Positions 24,261 to 32,000 of a DNA stretch of 32,000 nt are shown here, one piece after another. The stretch is from Microcystis aeruginosa NIES-2549. Its GTDB lineage: Bacteria > Cyanobacteriota > Cyanobacteriia > Cyanobacteriales > Microcystaceae. The notes beneath the pieces are model-generated. The model searched no databases. It saw only the letters and a list, made by a program, of their open reading frames with translations, and had not been told where the DNA came from. The position numbers and the translations under genes are program-made. Numbering within the stretch: the stretch's first letter is position 1; each line of letters begins with the position of its first letter. The DNA lies in assembly GCF_000981785.2 (NCBI RefSeq), contig NZ_CP011304.1:1530001-1562000 (forward strand). Reading direction: 5' to 3'.

Positions 24261-25499
24261 TTACTCCGGCCAAATTTCTGGCTGTTGATTTAATAAAAGC
24301 TGGGCTGCCTCTAACATATCATCGACAATATCGCGTAAATCTGTCTTATTATCGATATAAGCTTTTAACGCTTCCATCGGATCTAATTGATTACCCACCC
24401 CTAATTCTGGTAAACGGGGACGGGTTAATTGACTAATTAACTCAGCCCGAATACTATAACTATGGGCAGGTTTTAACGCCTCATCAAGCTGATTGGTGTT
24501 GATTAGTTCTAATTGTTCACTGCGAATTTTATAAACTAAGCGGATAACTGCTTCCTGAATATCGTATTTTTTCAGAGCTTTCAGCAATTCTTTTTGGGGG
24601 TTTGCTGCCTCGGAAACATCCACTTCGATGGAACGGAAAGGACGCACGGGTAAAGGGCAAAATTCCCATTTAACCTCTCCTTTAGCCACTTCTATTAAAA
24701 CATAGCCTTTATCTTCTTTTTCCTCGCTAAAATCCACTCGATCGATGCTCCCCGGATAGACAATAGGCGGATCATTGCTAGGATTAAGATTTTGATGTTT
24801 GTGAACATGGCCTAGGGCAACATACTCGAATTGTGGACGATTTAGCAGGGATAAAGGCACTGTAAAACCTTTACCAACCGCTAAAAATCTTTCTGCTCCT
24901 AAACTAGCTCGATCGGCCATTAAATGGGCTAATAAAACTGTTGGTACACTTGTATCTAATTGGCGGATTTCTCCTTCTAAAACTGGTTCCAAACGGTTAA
25001 TTAATAATTCATTTACCCCACTCAAGGATAAACCCTCGGTTTCGGGACGGGTTAAGAGAGTGGCGCGGGTTAACCAAGGTAAAGTAATTACTTGGATATC
25101 GCCGTTGCGGGTGGTGATGCGATGGGTGGTCAAGCGATCGCCAACAATAAACCCCGGCACCGCTAGGGTACGATAGATGGAGAGACTGACACCGCCATTA
25201 CCCTGAGAATGTTGATCGTGATTACCCACTAATAACACCGTCGGGATTTTAGCATCGGCAAGACGACGGAATTGACTGGCAAAAGCTTCGTGAACAAAAG
25301 GAGGAGGAGTGGCATCGGGAAAAGCATCTCCCCCAAAAAGCACTAGATCCACAGGGGAGGCAATAGCCCGATCGATACAGAGGCTTAAACTGCCCATAAA
25401 ATCCTCTAAACGCGTGTTTAATCCCGTTTTTGGATTTAAACGTCCATGGGAAAAACCGCTCCCCATGTGAATATCCGATAAGTGCAGTATTTTAATCAT
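24261..25499 (-). CDS. sbcD: Exonuclease SbcD (Mre11-type metallophosphoesterase)
   Basis: MIKILHLSDIHMG, GDAFPD, GNHD and GHVH motifs. ATG 25499 is preferred because the track start at 25526 lies inside a heptamer repeat. Confidence 0.85.
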   Translation of the reverse strand: MIKILHLSDIHMGSGFSHGRLNPKTGLNTRLEDFMGSLSLCIDRAIASPVDLVLFGGDAFPDATPPPFVHEAFASQFRRLADAKIPTVLLVGNHDQHSQGNGGVSLSIYRTLAVPGFIVGDRLTTHRITTRNGDIQVITLPWLTRATLLTRPETEGLSLSGVNELLINRLEPVLEGEIRQLDTSVPTVLLAHLMADRASLGAERFLAVGKGFTVPLSLLNRPQFEYVALGHVHKHQNLNPSNDPPIVYPGSIDRVDFSEEKEDKGYVLIEVAKGEVKWEFCPLPVRPFRSIEVDVSEAANPQKELLKALKKYDIQEAVIRLVYKIRSEQLELINTNQLDEALKPAHSYSIRAELISQLTRPRLPELGVGNQLDPMEALKAYIDNKTDLRDIVDDMLEAAQLLLNQQPEIWPE

Positions 25500-25507
25500 A
25501 AGTAGTA

Positions 25508-25535
25508 GGCAAAAGGCAAGAGGCAAAAGGCAAGA
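25508..25535. repeat. STRR-type heptamer array (GGCAAAA/GGCAAGA) x4
   Basis: Direct reading. Same family and same strand as 234-254. Confidence 0.9.
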
Positions 25536-25776
25536 GGTGGTGAGATATGTCTAATTAATTGCGTCTAGCTACTTAAGACCTCCTGAAAAAGTAAGTTCTC
25601 AAACCGCTATCTAGTCAAAATATCTAAAAACTCAGATAAATCTGACATAATCTTAGGTTTTGTGGATATCATAGTTGTTTCTTGTCTTTTTTATCCTCCT
25701 GTCTCTGATTATCCTATCGACCGTCTCCTCACCTAACGGAAGATTTTTGATTTTTGCAGGAAATCTATAGTAAAGG

Positions 25777-25805
25777 AAAAACAGGCGTAATTAAGTACAC
25801 CTGTT
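25777..25805 (-). terminator. Rho-independent terminator after the petN-small ORF pair
   Basis: The minus strand reads AACAGGtgtacttaattacgCCTGTTTTT: a 6-bp stem followed by a T5 run, 6 nt past the stop of the 47-codon ORF. Confidence 0.55.
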
Positions 25806-25810
25806 CGGGA

Positions 25811-25954
25811 TTATTTTCCTAATTTTTTATCGCCATCTTGACGACGGCGATCGCGCCATTCTGTAGTCGTCAGGTAGAGAATGCCACCACTGACGATAAC
25901 GAGGAGAATTAAGGCGACTAGAAAGAGAGTGTTCAGAATCAAGGATGTTTCCAT
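25811..25954 (-). CDS. Small single-TM protein (47 aa) downstream of petN
   Basis: Translation is METSLILNTLFLVALILLVIVSGGILYLTTTEWRDRRRQDGDKKLGK*. It starts 17 nt after the petN stop and is followed by a terminator. It is too short to appear in the ORF track. Identity unknown. Confidence 0.4.
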   Translation of the reverse strand: METSLILNTLFLVALILLVIVSGGILYLTTTEWRDRRRQDGDKKLGK

Positions 25955-25970
25955 GGTATCTATAGATTAC

Positions 25971-26060
25971 CTAGAAACCGTTACGACCCCAAACCACCAT
26001 GGCGATCGACCAAGTGAACAGGGCGAGAATGCTAACCCAACCAAGTGTCAAAATATCCAT
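25971..26060 (-). CDS. petN: Cytochrome b6-f complex subunit 8 (PetN), 29 aa
   Basis: [29 protein letters not shown] matches the conserved PetN pattern (..GW......[12 protein letters not shown].). It is too short to appear in the ORF track. Confidence 0.85.
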   Translation of the reverse strand: MDILTLGWVSILALFTWSIAMVVWGRNGF

Positions 26061-26088
26061 AATTGCCTTTGTTAAACGAATTACTTGC

Positions 26089-26423
26089 GAGTTGACACTC
26101 TCCGCCCTAAAAGCGCGGAGATTCTTGGGCTGAATCTTGCCGCTACTAGCAAAGCTAATTTTGGTCTTACAGTTTCATGTCTAGTCCGACTACACCTACA
26201 AGGTAAGCACTCTTAAAGACTACTCCCCAAGCGTAAATTTCTGTGTGTCCCACAGTATTTAATTGTTTTTCGCTCTTACCATGTGGACTTACGATGAAAG
26301 CTTTTGTACCAGTGATGGTTAGAGATTTAGGGATTACGGAGTGTCGCTTGTTTCCTGCGTTCCCAAAGTCAACGACTCAATTTAATGCTAACATAAAGTC
26401 GCCCTAAAGGGCGAGGTTTTCAA
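26089..26423 (-). mobile_element. IS200/IS605-family-derived miniature element: subterminal hairpins plus a tnpB 3'-end / omega-RNA-like remnant
   Basis: A ~335-bp stretch with no ORF in the track. Similar hairpins lie near both ends: tcgccctaaagggcga at 26399-26414 and ctccgccctaaaagcgcggag at 26098-26118. Minus-strand fragments translate to TVGHTEIYAWG and AQESPRF*GGECQ, which resemble the decayed C-terminal/read-through region of cyanobacterial TnpB genes (recalled similarity). Confidence 0.45.
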
Positions 26424-26474
26424 CCCAAATTTTCGATAATACTTCATCAGTGACTCCGTTTTAGAGAGGCGATC

Positions 26475-26870
26475 GTGCAAATTACGCTCAAGGAAAGAAT
26501 CGAATCCATACAGGTGGGGAGTATCTCGGCGCTGGCTTTCCTGGTTCCCTATCTGCTATTTTTAATTGTTGATCGACTATTTTTAGGGGAATCGCTCACA
26601 GTAATTGGCGCTTTTGTCAAGATATCCGGGGCGATAATTAGCGGATTTCTCTTCGGTGTCACCTATCGTTATGTCGTCCGTAACGATGATAATCCCCATC
26701 TCAAAGATGGTACAGTGGCAGCTTTTGCCCTAGTCCGCGGCCTAGTTCCCCTACAATTATCCACAGACTTGATCGCTGACGCTTGGCAATTAAGTCTCTT
26801 TCTGGGAGAGAGCTTTATCTGTTTTTTATCCTGTCGTCTGCTCTTAGAGTTGACTAAGCTGCGCCAATAA
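26475..26870 (+). CDS. Hypothetical membrane protein (131 aa, GTG start)
   Basis: Open frame with 3-4 hydrophobic segments. No recognisable family. Confidence 0.45.
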   Translation: MQITLKERIESIQVGSISALAFLVPYLLFLIVDRLFLGESLTVIGAFVKISGAIISGFLFGVTYRYVVRNDDNPHLKDGTVAAFALVRGLVPLQLSTDLIADAWQLSLFLGESFICFLSCRLLLELTKLRQ

Positions 26871-26876
26871 CCGACT

Positions 26877-26918
26877 CAGTTATCAGTTATCAGTTATCAG
26901 TTATCAGTTATCAGTCAT
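26877..26918. repeat. STRR-type heptamer array (CAGTTAT) x5 plus CAGTCAT
   Basis: Direct reading. Confidence 0.95.
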
Positions 26919-27004
26919 CAGATTTAAGTTTTCAGTGAATAGTATTAAGCGACAAACTCGGAGCTGCTTTTTTACTGTTTACTGATCACTGTTTACTGAA
27001 ACAT

Positions 27005-27058
27005 CACCCCACACCCCACACCCCACACCCCACACCCCACACCCCACACCCCACACCC
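27005..27058. repeat. STRR-type heptamer array (CCCCACA) x7 plus partial units, ending 1 nt before the aroB ATG
   Basis: Seven complete units at 27007-27055, then ccc, t, and ATG at 27060. Confidence 0.95.
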
Positions 27059-27059
27059 T

Positions 27060-28160
27060 ATGGCTATTTGTATTCCCGTTAATTTACCCGATCGCTCCTA
27101 TAATATTCTGATCGAGAAGGGCAGTTTAGCTAATCTCGGTGGAGAAATGAGCCAGTTAAGCTTAGGTAAAAAGGTTTTATTGGTTTCTAATCCCGAAATT
27201 TTTGACTATTACGGGCAGATAGCCGTTAATTCCCTAGAAAAAGCGGGCTTTGTCGTTTTTACTCATCTGATCCCCGCTGGCGAAAATTATAAAACCCTCG
27301 ATGCGATCGCCCAAGTTTATGATAGCGCCCTCGCTCACCGGCTGGAACGTTCCTCGACTATGGTTGCCCTCGGTGGTGGTGTAATCGGTGATATGACGGG
27401 ATTTGCGGCAGCCACATGGTTACGGGGCGTTAATTTTGTCCAGGTTCCCACCACTCTGTTAGCCATGGTGGACGCTTCCATCGGGGGTAAAACCGGTGTT
27501 AATCATCCCCAGGGCAAAAATCTGATCGGGGCGTTTTATCAACCGAAATTAGTTCTGATTGATCCTAGCGTGCTTAAAAGCCTACCCGTGCGAGAATTTC
27601 GCGCTGGAATGGCAGAAGTGATTAAATACGGTGTAATTTGGGATGCTGAGTTATTTCAACAGTTAGAAGACTCGGACAATTTAGCCAGTTTTTCTCAGAT
27701 CGATGGCGAGCTATTGCAAACAATTATTACAAAGTCTTGCCAAGCTAAAGCAGATGTGGTATGCACAGACGAAAAAGAAGCGGGTTTGCGGGCGATCTTA
27801 AACTATGGTCACACGATCGCCCACGGCATTGAAAGTTTAACGGGATATACTAGCGTTAACCACGGGGAAGCGGTGGCCATGGGGATGGTGGCGGCAGGAG
27901 CGATCGCTGTTAAACTGGGAATGTGGACCGCCGGGGAAAATCAACGTCAAACCGATTTAATCGAAAAAGCCGCCTTAGAAACCCGTATGCCGCCTTTAAA
28001 TGCCGATGAGATGGTAAATGCTCTCACTGCCGATAAAAAGGTTAAAGATGGCCAAGTTAGATTTATTTTACCAACGGCAATCGGCCAAGTCACCATTAGC
28101 GATCGAGTCACCCCCACCCTGGTGCGGGAGGTGTTATCACCAACCGAATCCGGGCAGTAA
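27060..28160 (+). CDS. aroB: 3-dehydroquinate synthase
   Basis: 366 aa with [25 protein letters not shown] and LNYGHTIAH motifs. Confidence 0.95.
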   Translation: MAICIPVNLPDRSYNILIEKGSLANLGGEMSQLSLGKKVLLVSNPEIFDYYGQIAVNSLEKAGFVVFTHLIPAGENYKTLDAIAQVYDSALAHRLERSSTMVALGGGVIGDMTGFAAATWLRGVNFVQVPTTLLAMVDASIGGKTGVNHPQGKNLIGAFYQPKLVLIDPSVLKSLPVREFRAGMAEVIKYGVIWDAELFQQLEDSDNLASFSQIDGELLQTIITKSCQAKADVVCTDEKEAGLRAILNYGHTIAHGIESLTGYTSVNHGEAVAMGMVAAGAIAVKLGMWTAGENQRQTDLIEKAALETRMPPLNADEMVNALTADKKVKDGQVRFILPTAIGQVTISDRVTPTLVREVLSPTESGQ

Positions 28161-29273
28161 AAGCTTTTTCAATTGTTGCATCGCTTGTTCCGTAACATCC
28201 CGGTATTTTAAATCTCCCACGAGAATACGTCCCATCAGTTGACCGGCGATCGGCCGTTTAACGGCGACATTGTAGGCGATTTGGGTAAATTGATAGAATA
28301 AACTGGCTAATTTGGCCGCTAAAGCCATATCTTCCCCCCATTCTTCCCGAATTATCCGACTATAGCTCGCCAAAGCCCGATTATCCCCGGCTAAAGCTCG
28401 ATCGATCGCCTCGGCTGCCTTAACTCCCGTTAAAATTGCCGGACGGATACCCTCACCGATGAGAGGATCGAGAATACCCGCCGCTTCTCCTGTAATTAGG
28501 GCATTTTGGGCGTGTAGCGGTTGATTTCCGTTCCAAAGGGCTAAAGCATACTCACTATAGCGATAATTCTCTAAATTCCAGCCTTTTTGATGGGCATAAT
28601 TTAACAGTTGTTTTTTTAGCTCCTCGGATTTGATGCTGCCCTTAAAACAAGCACCGCTAATTGTGTAACCATTAGACTTGGGAAAAGCCCAGATATAACC
28701 ATTTTTTAGGGAACCAAAGTCAAAAAAAGCTTTTTTGGTGGGAATAGTCCCTTCTGCGTTAGTAATTTCCAGAGTAGCCCCGATCGCTTGGTTTTTCGCT
28801 GGTAATCCCAACCAGCGACTGGTATTGCCCCTAACACCATCGGCAGCAATCAGATATTTACCTGAAAATGTTCCTTGGGATGTGGTAACTTGCCAGTGAT
28901 CTTGGACGAATTTGATCTGGGTAACTTCGCTGTTATCTTGGATAGTTGCCCCGACTGCGATCGCCTGTTGACCTAAAAAATCATCGAAACGATCCCTTTG
29001 TACCATCCACATTGGTTCTAGCATATTTAACTTAGTGGTGGCGGCATCCCCCTGTTTCCAAGTAAACTCCACTTGGGTGACGGTATTCTCGATCACGGGG
29101 GTAAAGTCAAAATCAAACCACTGCTTAATTGCCGGGGATACCCCACCACCACAGGGTTTATAACGGGGTAATTTCGCTTTATCGAGGATCAGGACAGATC
29201 GCCCCTTTTTAGCTAGATGATAACCCGCCGTCGTTCCTGCTGGTCCCGCACCGATGATAATACAGTCAAACAT
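28137..29273 (-). CDS. Geranylgeranyl reductase family FAD-dependent oxidoreductase
   Basis: N-terminal FAD fold [24 protein letters not shown], and [15 protein letters not shown] near the C-terminus. There is a convergent 24-nt overlap with aroB. Confidence 0.8.
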   Translation of the reverse strand: MFDCIIIGAGPAGTTAGYHLAKKGRSVLILDKAKLPRYKPCGGGVSPAIKQWFDFDFTPVIENTVTQVEFTWKQGDAATTKLNMLEPMWMVQRDRFDDFLGQQAIAVGATIQDNSEVTQIKFVQDHWQVTTSQGTFSGKYLIAADGVRGNTSRWLGLPAKNQAIGATLEITNAEGTIPTKKAFFDFGSLKNGYIWAFPKSNGYTISGACFKGSIKSEELKKQLLNYAHQKGWNLENYRYSEYALALWNGNQPLHAQNALITGEAAGILDPLIGEGIRPAILTGVKAAEAIDRALAGDNRALASYSRIIREEWGEDMALAAKLASLFYQFTQIAYNVAVKRPIAGQLMGRILVGDLKYRDVTEQAMQQLKKLLLPGFGW

Positions 29274-29511
29274 TTGTACTAATTTAAGTCGTTGAACAAA
29301 TTTATAGACAATTTACGCTATTTTGGGCAACTTGTCTTGAGTCTGGTTTCTTGTCCCTTCCTCAGTCGGTTGAGCTTGCCTCTCTAGTTTCTAGTTGATT
29401 TATCCCCCAATGTCCAAGAGAGTCTAATCTCTGGCTTTTTTGGCTAATTGATCAATTATCTTCACCTGATCAATCGTATAATCAAAAAAACTATAACGGC
29501 TCGATTATATC

Positions 29512-30696
29512 ATGAAAATTGTTTCTATTAAAATAAAAAACTATCGTATGTTTAAAAACATACACATAAGAGATATTCCCCCTTTTTGTGTGATTATTGG
29601 AGCTAACGGCACGGGAAAATCTACTCTATTTGATATTTTTGGGTTTCTGCGAGATGCCCTCAAAAACAACATTCGCCAAGCCTTACAAATTCGCGGCGGT
29701 TATAGAGAAATTATCACTAGAGGCCAAGAACAGGAAGATATTGAAATCGAGCTGCAATTTCGCATGAAAATCTTAGATACAGAACGTCTGGTTACTTATA
29801 TACTTATAATTGGACAAAACAATAATCGCCCCATTATCAAACGCGAAATACTTCGCTATAAAAGGGGTGAACACGGTAAACCTTTTCATTTTTTAGATTT
29901 TCAACTTGGTCAAGGATATGCTATCACCAACGAAGAAGATTTTAGTAAACCAGATAAAGAACTCGATCGAGAAGAACAACAGCTAGAATCTAACGACATA
30001 CTAGCGATCAAGGGATTAGGACAATTTCAACGTTTTAAAGCCGCTACAGCCTTTCGTTCTCTGATTGAAAATTGGCACGTTTCTGACTTTCATATTAGCG
30101 AAGCTAGAGGAAGTAAAGAAATATCTTACGCTGAACACTTATCCCCCACTGGCGACAATATAGCTACAGTTGCTCAATATATTTATCAACAATATCCCGA
30201 AATTTTTCAGCAAATTCTCGAAAAAATGAAACAACGAGTTCCGGGTATTTCCTCTGTGGAAGCCAAAGAAACCGAAGACGGTCGCTTGATTTTACGTTTT
30301 CAAGATCAGGCCTTTAAAGACCCTTTTATTGATCGCTATGTTTCTGACGGGACTATGAAAATGTTCGCCTATTTAATATTACTATTCGATCCCAATCCTC
30401 ATCCCCTACTCTGTGTCGAAGAACCAGAAAACCAACTTTATCCTACTTTATTAAAAGAACTAGCCGAAGAATTCGCCCACTATAGCTATCGGGGGGGTCA
30501 GGTATTTGTTTCTAGCCACTCCCCCGATTTTCTCAATGCGGTTCCACTAGCTAGTATTTTCTGGCTAATTAAATCCCAAGGTATCACCCAAATCCATAGG
30601 GCTACCGATAGCGAAATCATCAAAAACTTAGTAGCGGAAGGCGATTTACCCGGCTATCTTTGGAATCAAGGCTGGTTTGAAGGAGTAGCACCATAA
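29512..30696 (+). CDS. ABC/SMC-type (AAA_15/AAA_21-like) ATPase
   Basis: Walker A GANGTGKST, signature-like VSDGTMKMFAYL, Walker B LLCVEEPENQLYP, and H-loop VFVSSHSPDF. The stop overlaps the start of the next gene (ATAATG). Confidence 0.85.
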   Translation: MKIVSIKIKNYRMFKNIHIRDIPPFCVIIGANGTGKSTLFDIFGFLRDALKNNIRQALQIRGGYREIITRGQEQEDIEIELQFRMKILDTERLVTYILIIGQNNNRPIIKREILRYKRGEHGKPFHFLDFQLGQGYAITNEEDFSKPDKELDREEQQLESNDILAIKGLGQFQRFKAATAFRSLIENWHVSDFHISEARGSKEISYAEHLSPTGDNIATVAQYIYQQYPEIFQQILEKMKQRVPGISSVEAKETEDGRLILRFQDQAFKDPFIDRYVSDGTMKMFAYLILLFDPNPHPLLCVEEPENQLYPTLLKELAEEFAHYSYRGGQVFVSSHSPDFLNAVPLASIFWLIKSQGITQIHRATDSEIIKNLVAEGDLPGYLWNQGWFEGVAP

Positions 30697-31286
30697 TGAA
30701 CTATGATATCGTATTTTTGCTAGAAGAGTCATCTATAGAAAATGTGTTAAACGAACTTTTGCCTAAACTTATTCCCCCAGAAATAAGGTATAAATGTATT
30801 AGTCATCAAGGCAAACAAGACCTAGCCAAATCTATTCCTATAAAACTCAAAGCTTTCAAGAAATCTAGTCCCAATACCAAATTTATTATTGTTCACGATC
30901 AGGATTCCCACGACTGTCAAAAACTCAAAAAAGACCTAGGGCAAATTTGTCAAAATTCCAGTGATGCTCAAGTCTTAATTAGGATTATTTGCCATGAATT
31001 AGAATCTTGATTTCTGGGAGATTTAGCAGCGGTGGCCAAGGCCTATAATTTAAATAGTCTCGGTCAAAAACAAAATAAAAGTAAATACAGAGAACCAGAC
31101 CGGCTTAACTCGGCCAAACAAGAATTAAAAAAGCTAGTGAAAGAGTATTATGCAGGAACCCACTCTAAACAGATTGCCCCTCATCTTTCCCTAACTGAAA
31201 ATAAATCGCGTAGTTTTCAAACTTTCATCCAAGGTATCAAAAATGTTGTGGAAATGATACAACGGCCCAATCCGAACCCGAACTAA
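30696..31286 (+). pseudogene. DUF4276-like (Toprim-like) gene interrupted by a single in-frame TGA
   Basis: The 591-nt frame reads MNYDIVFLLEESSIENV...FIIVHDQDSHDC...LIRIICHELES*FLGDLAAVAKAY...SFQTFIQGIK. The TGA at 31008-31010 sits where the family motif E(L/A)E(A/S)WFL has Trp, consistent with TGG to TGA. The track ORFs 30696..31010 and 31032..31286 are in the same frame. Confidence 0.7.
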
Positions 31287-31420
31287 AATAGACCTCGACC
31301 TAATATAATTAAAAGCCTATAAACTCCTAACCAGGGGGATAATTTCTCTGGGTGTCATTTTTAGTCCCAAAAATATTCCCCCCGGCAGAGGGGAGGGGAA
31401 AGTGGGGAAAAACCGCTAGA

Positions 31421-31813
31421 TTAGCAGTTTAAGGCTAAATCTTGAGATTCTTTTTTCAAGAGATTAACGAGGGTTTCATCACCATTGTCTTGAGCGATTT
31501 GTAAACGACGTTCCAGACGACGACGAATATTGTTCAGATGGATGCTAGAAAGGGTTTCCTCTTGGACGACAATAGGGGGTTTGACAACCGGCAACGGACA
31601 AGTGTTCGGGATGACTTGCCCGGCAAGATGAGGACGGGTGCTGTAGGCAACTCCACGATACTGACGATGCAGTTTCGATTCTAATTGAAGCATATGGCGA
31701 GGATAATGGTGATTCCAGTCTTGACCTCGGTATTTACCCCCGATATCTGCGGTCTTCATCTCCAAGGGGAGAGAATCCCTTTCGTACTTAACTCCTCGAT
31801 AGGCTAACATCAT
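31421..31813 (-). CDS. DUF4278 domain protein
   Basis: MMLAYRGVKYE... with a second YRGVAY motif. ATG 31813 is preferred over the upstream TTG at 31831. Confidence 0.7.
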   Translation of the reverse strand: MMLAYRGVKYERDSLPLEMKTADIGGKYRGQDWNHHYPRHMLQLESKLHRQYRGVAYSTRPHLAGQVIPNTCPLPVVKPPIVVQEETLSSIHLNNIRRRLERRLQIAQDNGDETLVNLLKKESQDLALNC

Positions 31814-32000
31814 ATCACTGACTCCCTGCAATGCTTTAAAGTGACTTTAATCCCCCCTGTCGTCTCTATTTAGGGACAACAAGTGAAAAGATTTTATTTC
31901 TTATTCTGTATCTATTTTTACATTTTGCCCAGGAAATTGAAAAAACTTTATAAAAATTTAATATTTTCTAGCTGGCTATAGTATCCTTTTCCGGCTGGAT

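Noticed and set aside
25881-26075. 64-aa ORF on the plus strand
   Set aside because: It is antisense to the well-conserved petN and the adjacent small ORF, and has no recognisable motifs.
26399-26423. Hairpin plus T-run considered as a plus-strand rho-independent terminator
   Set aside because: No plus-strand gene ends upstream of it. It is better explained as the subterminal hairpin of the IS605-type mini-element.
302-27058. Heptamer tandem arrays considered as possible CRISPR arrays
   Set aside because: The units are 7 bp and contiguous, with no spacers. There are no 25-40 bp repeats and no cas genes. They fit STRR-type simple tandem repeats.
1388-28242. Short ORFs embedded in well-supported genes, either antisense or out of frame on the same strand (1388..1609, 3286..3522, 4703..5035, 5851..6186, 6183..6368, 6798..6986, 17501..17764, 18752..18934, 18984..19208, 19205..19402, 19705..19935, 20810..21010, 23475..23678, 28018..28242)
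   Set aside because: Each lies within or against a longer ORF that has clear family motifs. None has recognisable motifs or a convincing ribosome-binding site.
31008-31010. In-frame TGA in the DUF4276-like gene considered as selenocysteine or programmed recoding
   Set aside because: The position corresponds to a conserved Trp (TGG to TGA is one transition). I could identify no SECIS-like hairpin immediately downstream. A simple nonsense mutation, perhaps with low-level read-through, is the simpler explanation.

Overview
This window looks like cyanobacterial chromosome, probably Microcystis-like. That is inferred from frequent GCGATCGC (HIP1) sites, heptanucleotide STRR-type tandem repeats in intergenic gaps, and petN, GUN4-domain, XisH/XisI and PEP-CTERM content. 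No database search was possible, so every family name rests on recalled motifs.

Core housekeeping genes:
- GldA/F/G-like ABC-2 exporter (335-3625)
- two Ser/Thr kinases
- J-domain protein
- GH57 glycoside hydrolase
- trpB
- tandem-CAP lipoprotein
- RNase D-like exonuclease
- STAS-sugar-transferase fusion with an RsbW-like kinase
- sbcD, petN, aroB
- geranylgeranyl-reductase-family flavoprotein

Two accessory regions stand out.

(1) A mosaic island at about 6.8-14.1 kb:
- It is built around two 858-bp direct repeats, each carrying a DUF1349-like gene.
- It contains an EEP-family gene, decayed DUF433/DUF5615, XisH/XisI, AbrB-Doc and YefM-like/YoeB modules, MITE-like repeats and PEP-CTERM remnants.
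- It also holds an intact, uncharacterised two-gene cassette at 11314-12165: an internally duplicated glycine-zipper membrane protein plus a minimal PD-(D/E)xK-like protein.

(2) An ABC/SMC-type ATPase at 29.5-31.3 kb, translationally coupled to a DUF4276-like (Toprim-like) gene. This is a split OLD/PARIS-like architecture, and the second gene carries a single in-frame TGA at a conserved Trp position.

A recurring theme is that six toxin or effector-type genes each carry one or two disabling lesions while their partner genes remain intact.

Other points:
- STRR arrays directly abut several start codons.
- An IS200/IS605-derived mini-element with a tnpB-3'/omega-RNA-like remnant sits next to petN.
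- No rRNA, tRNA or CRISPR array was found.
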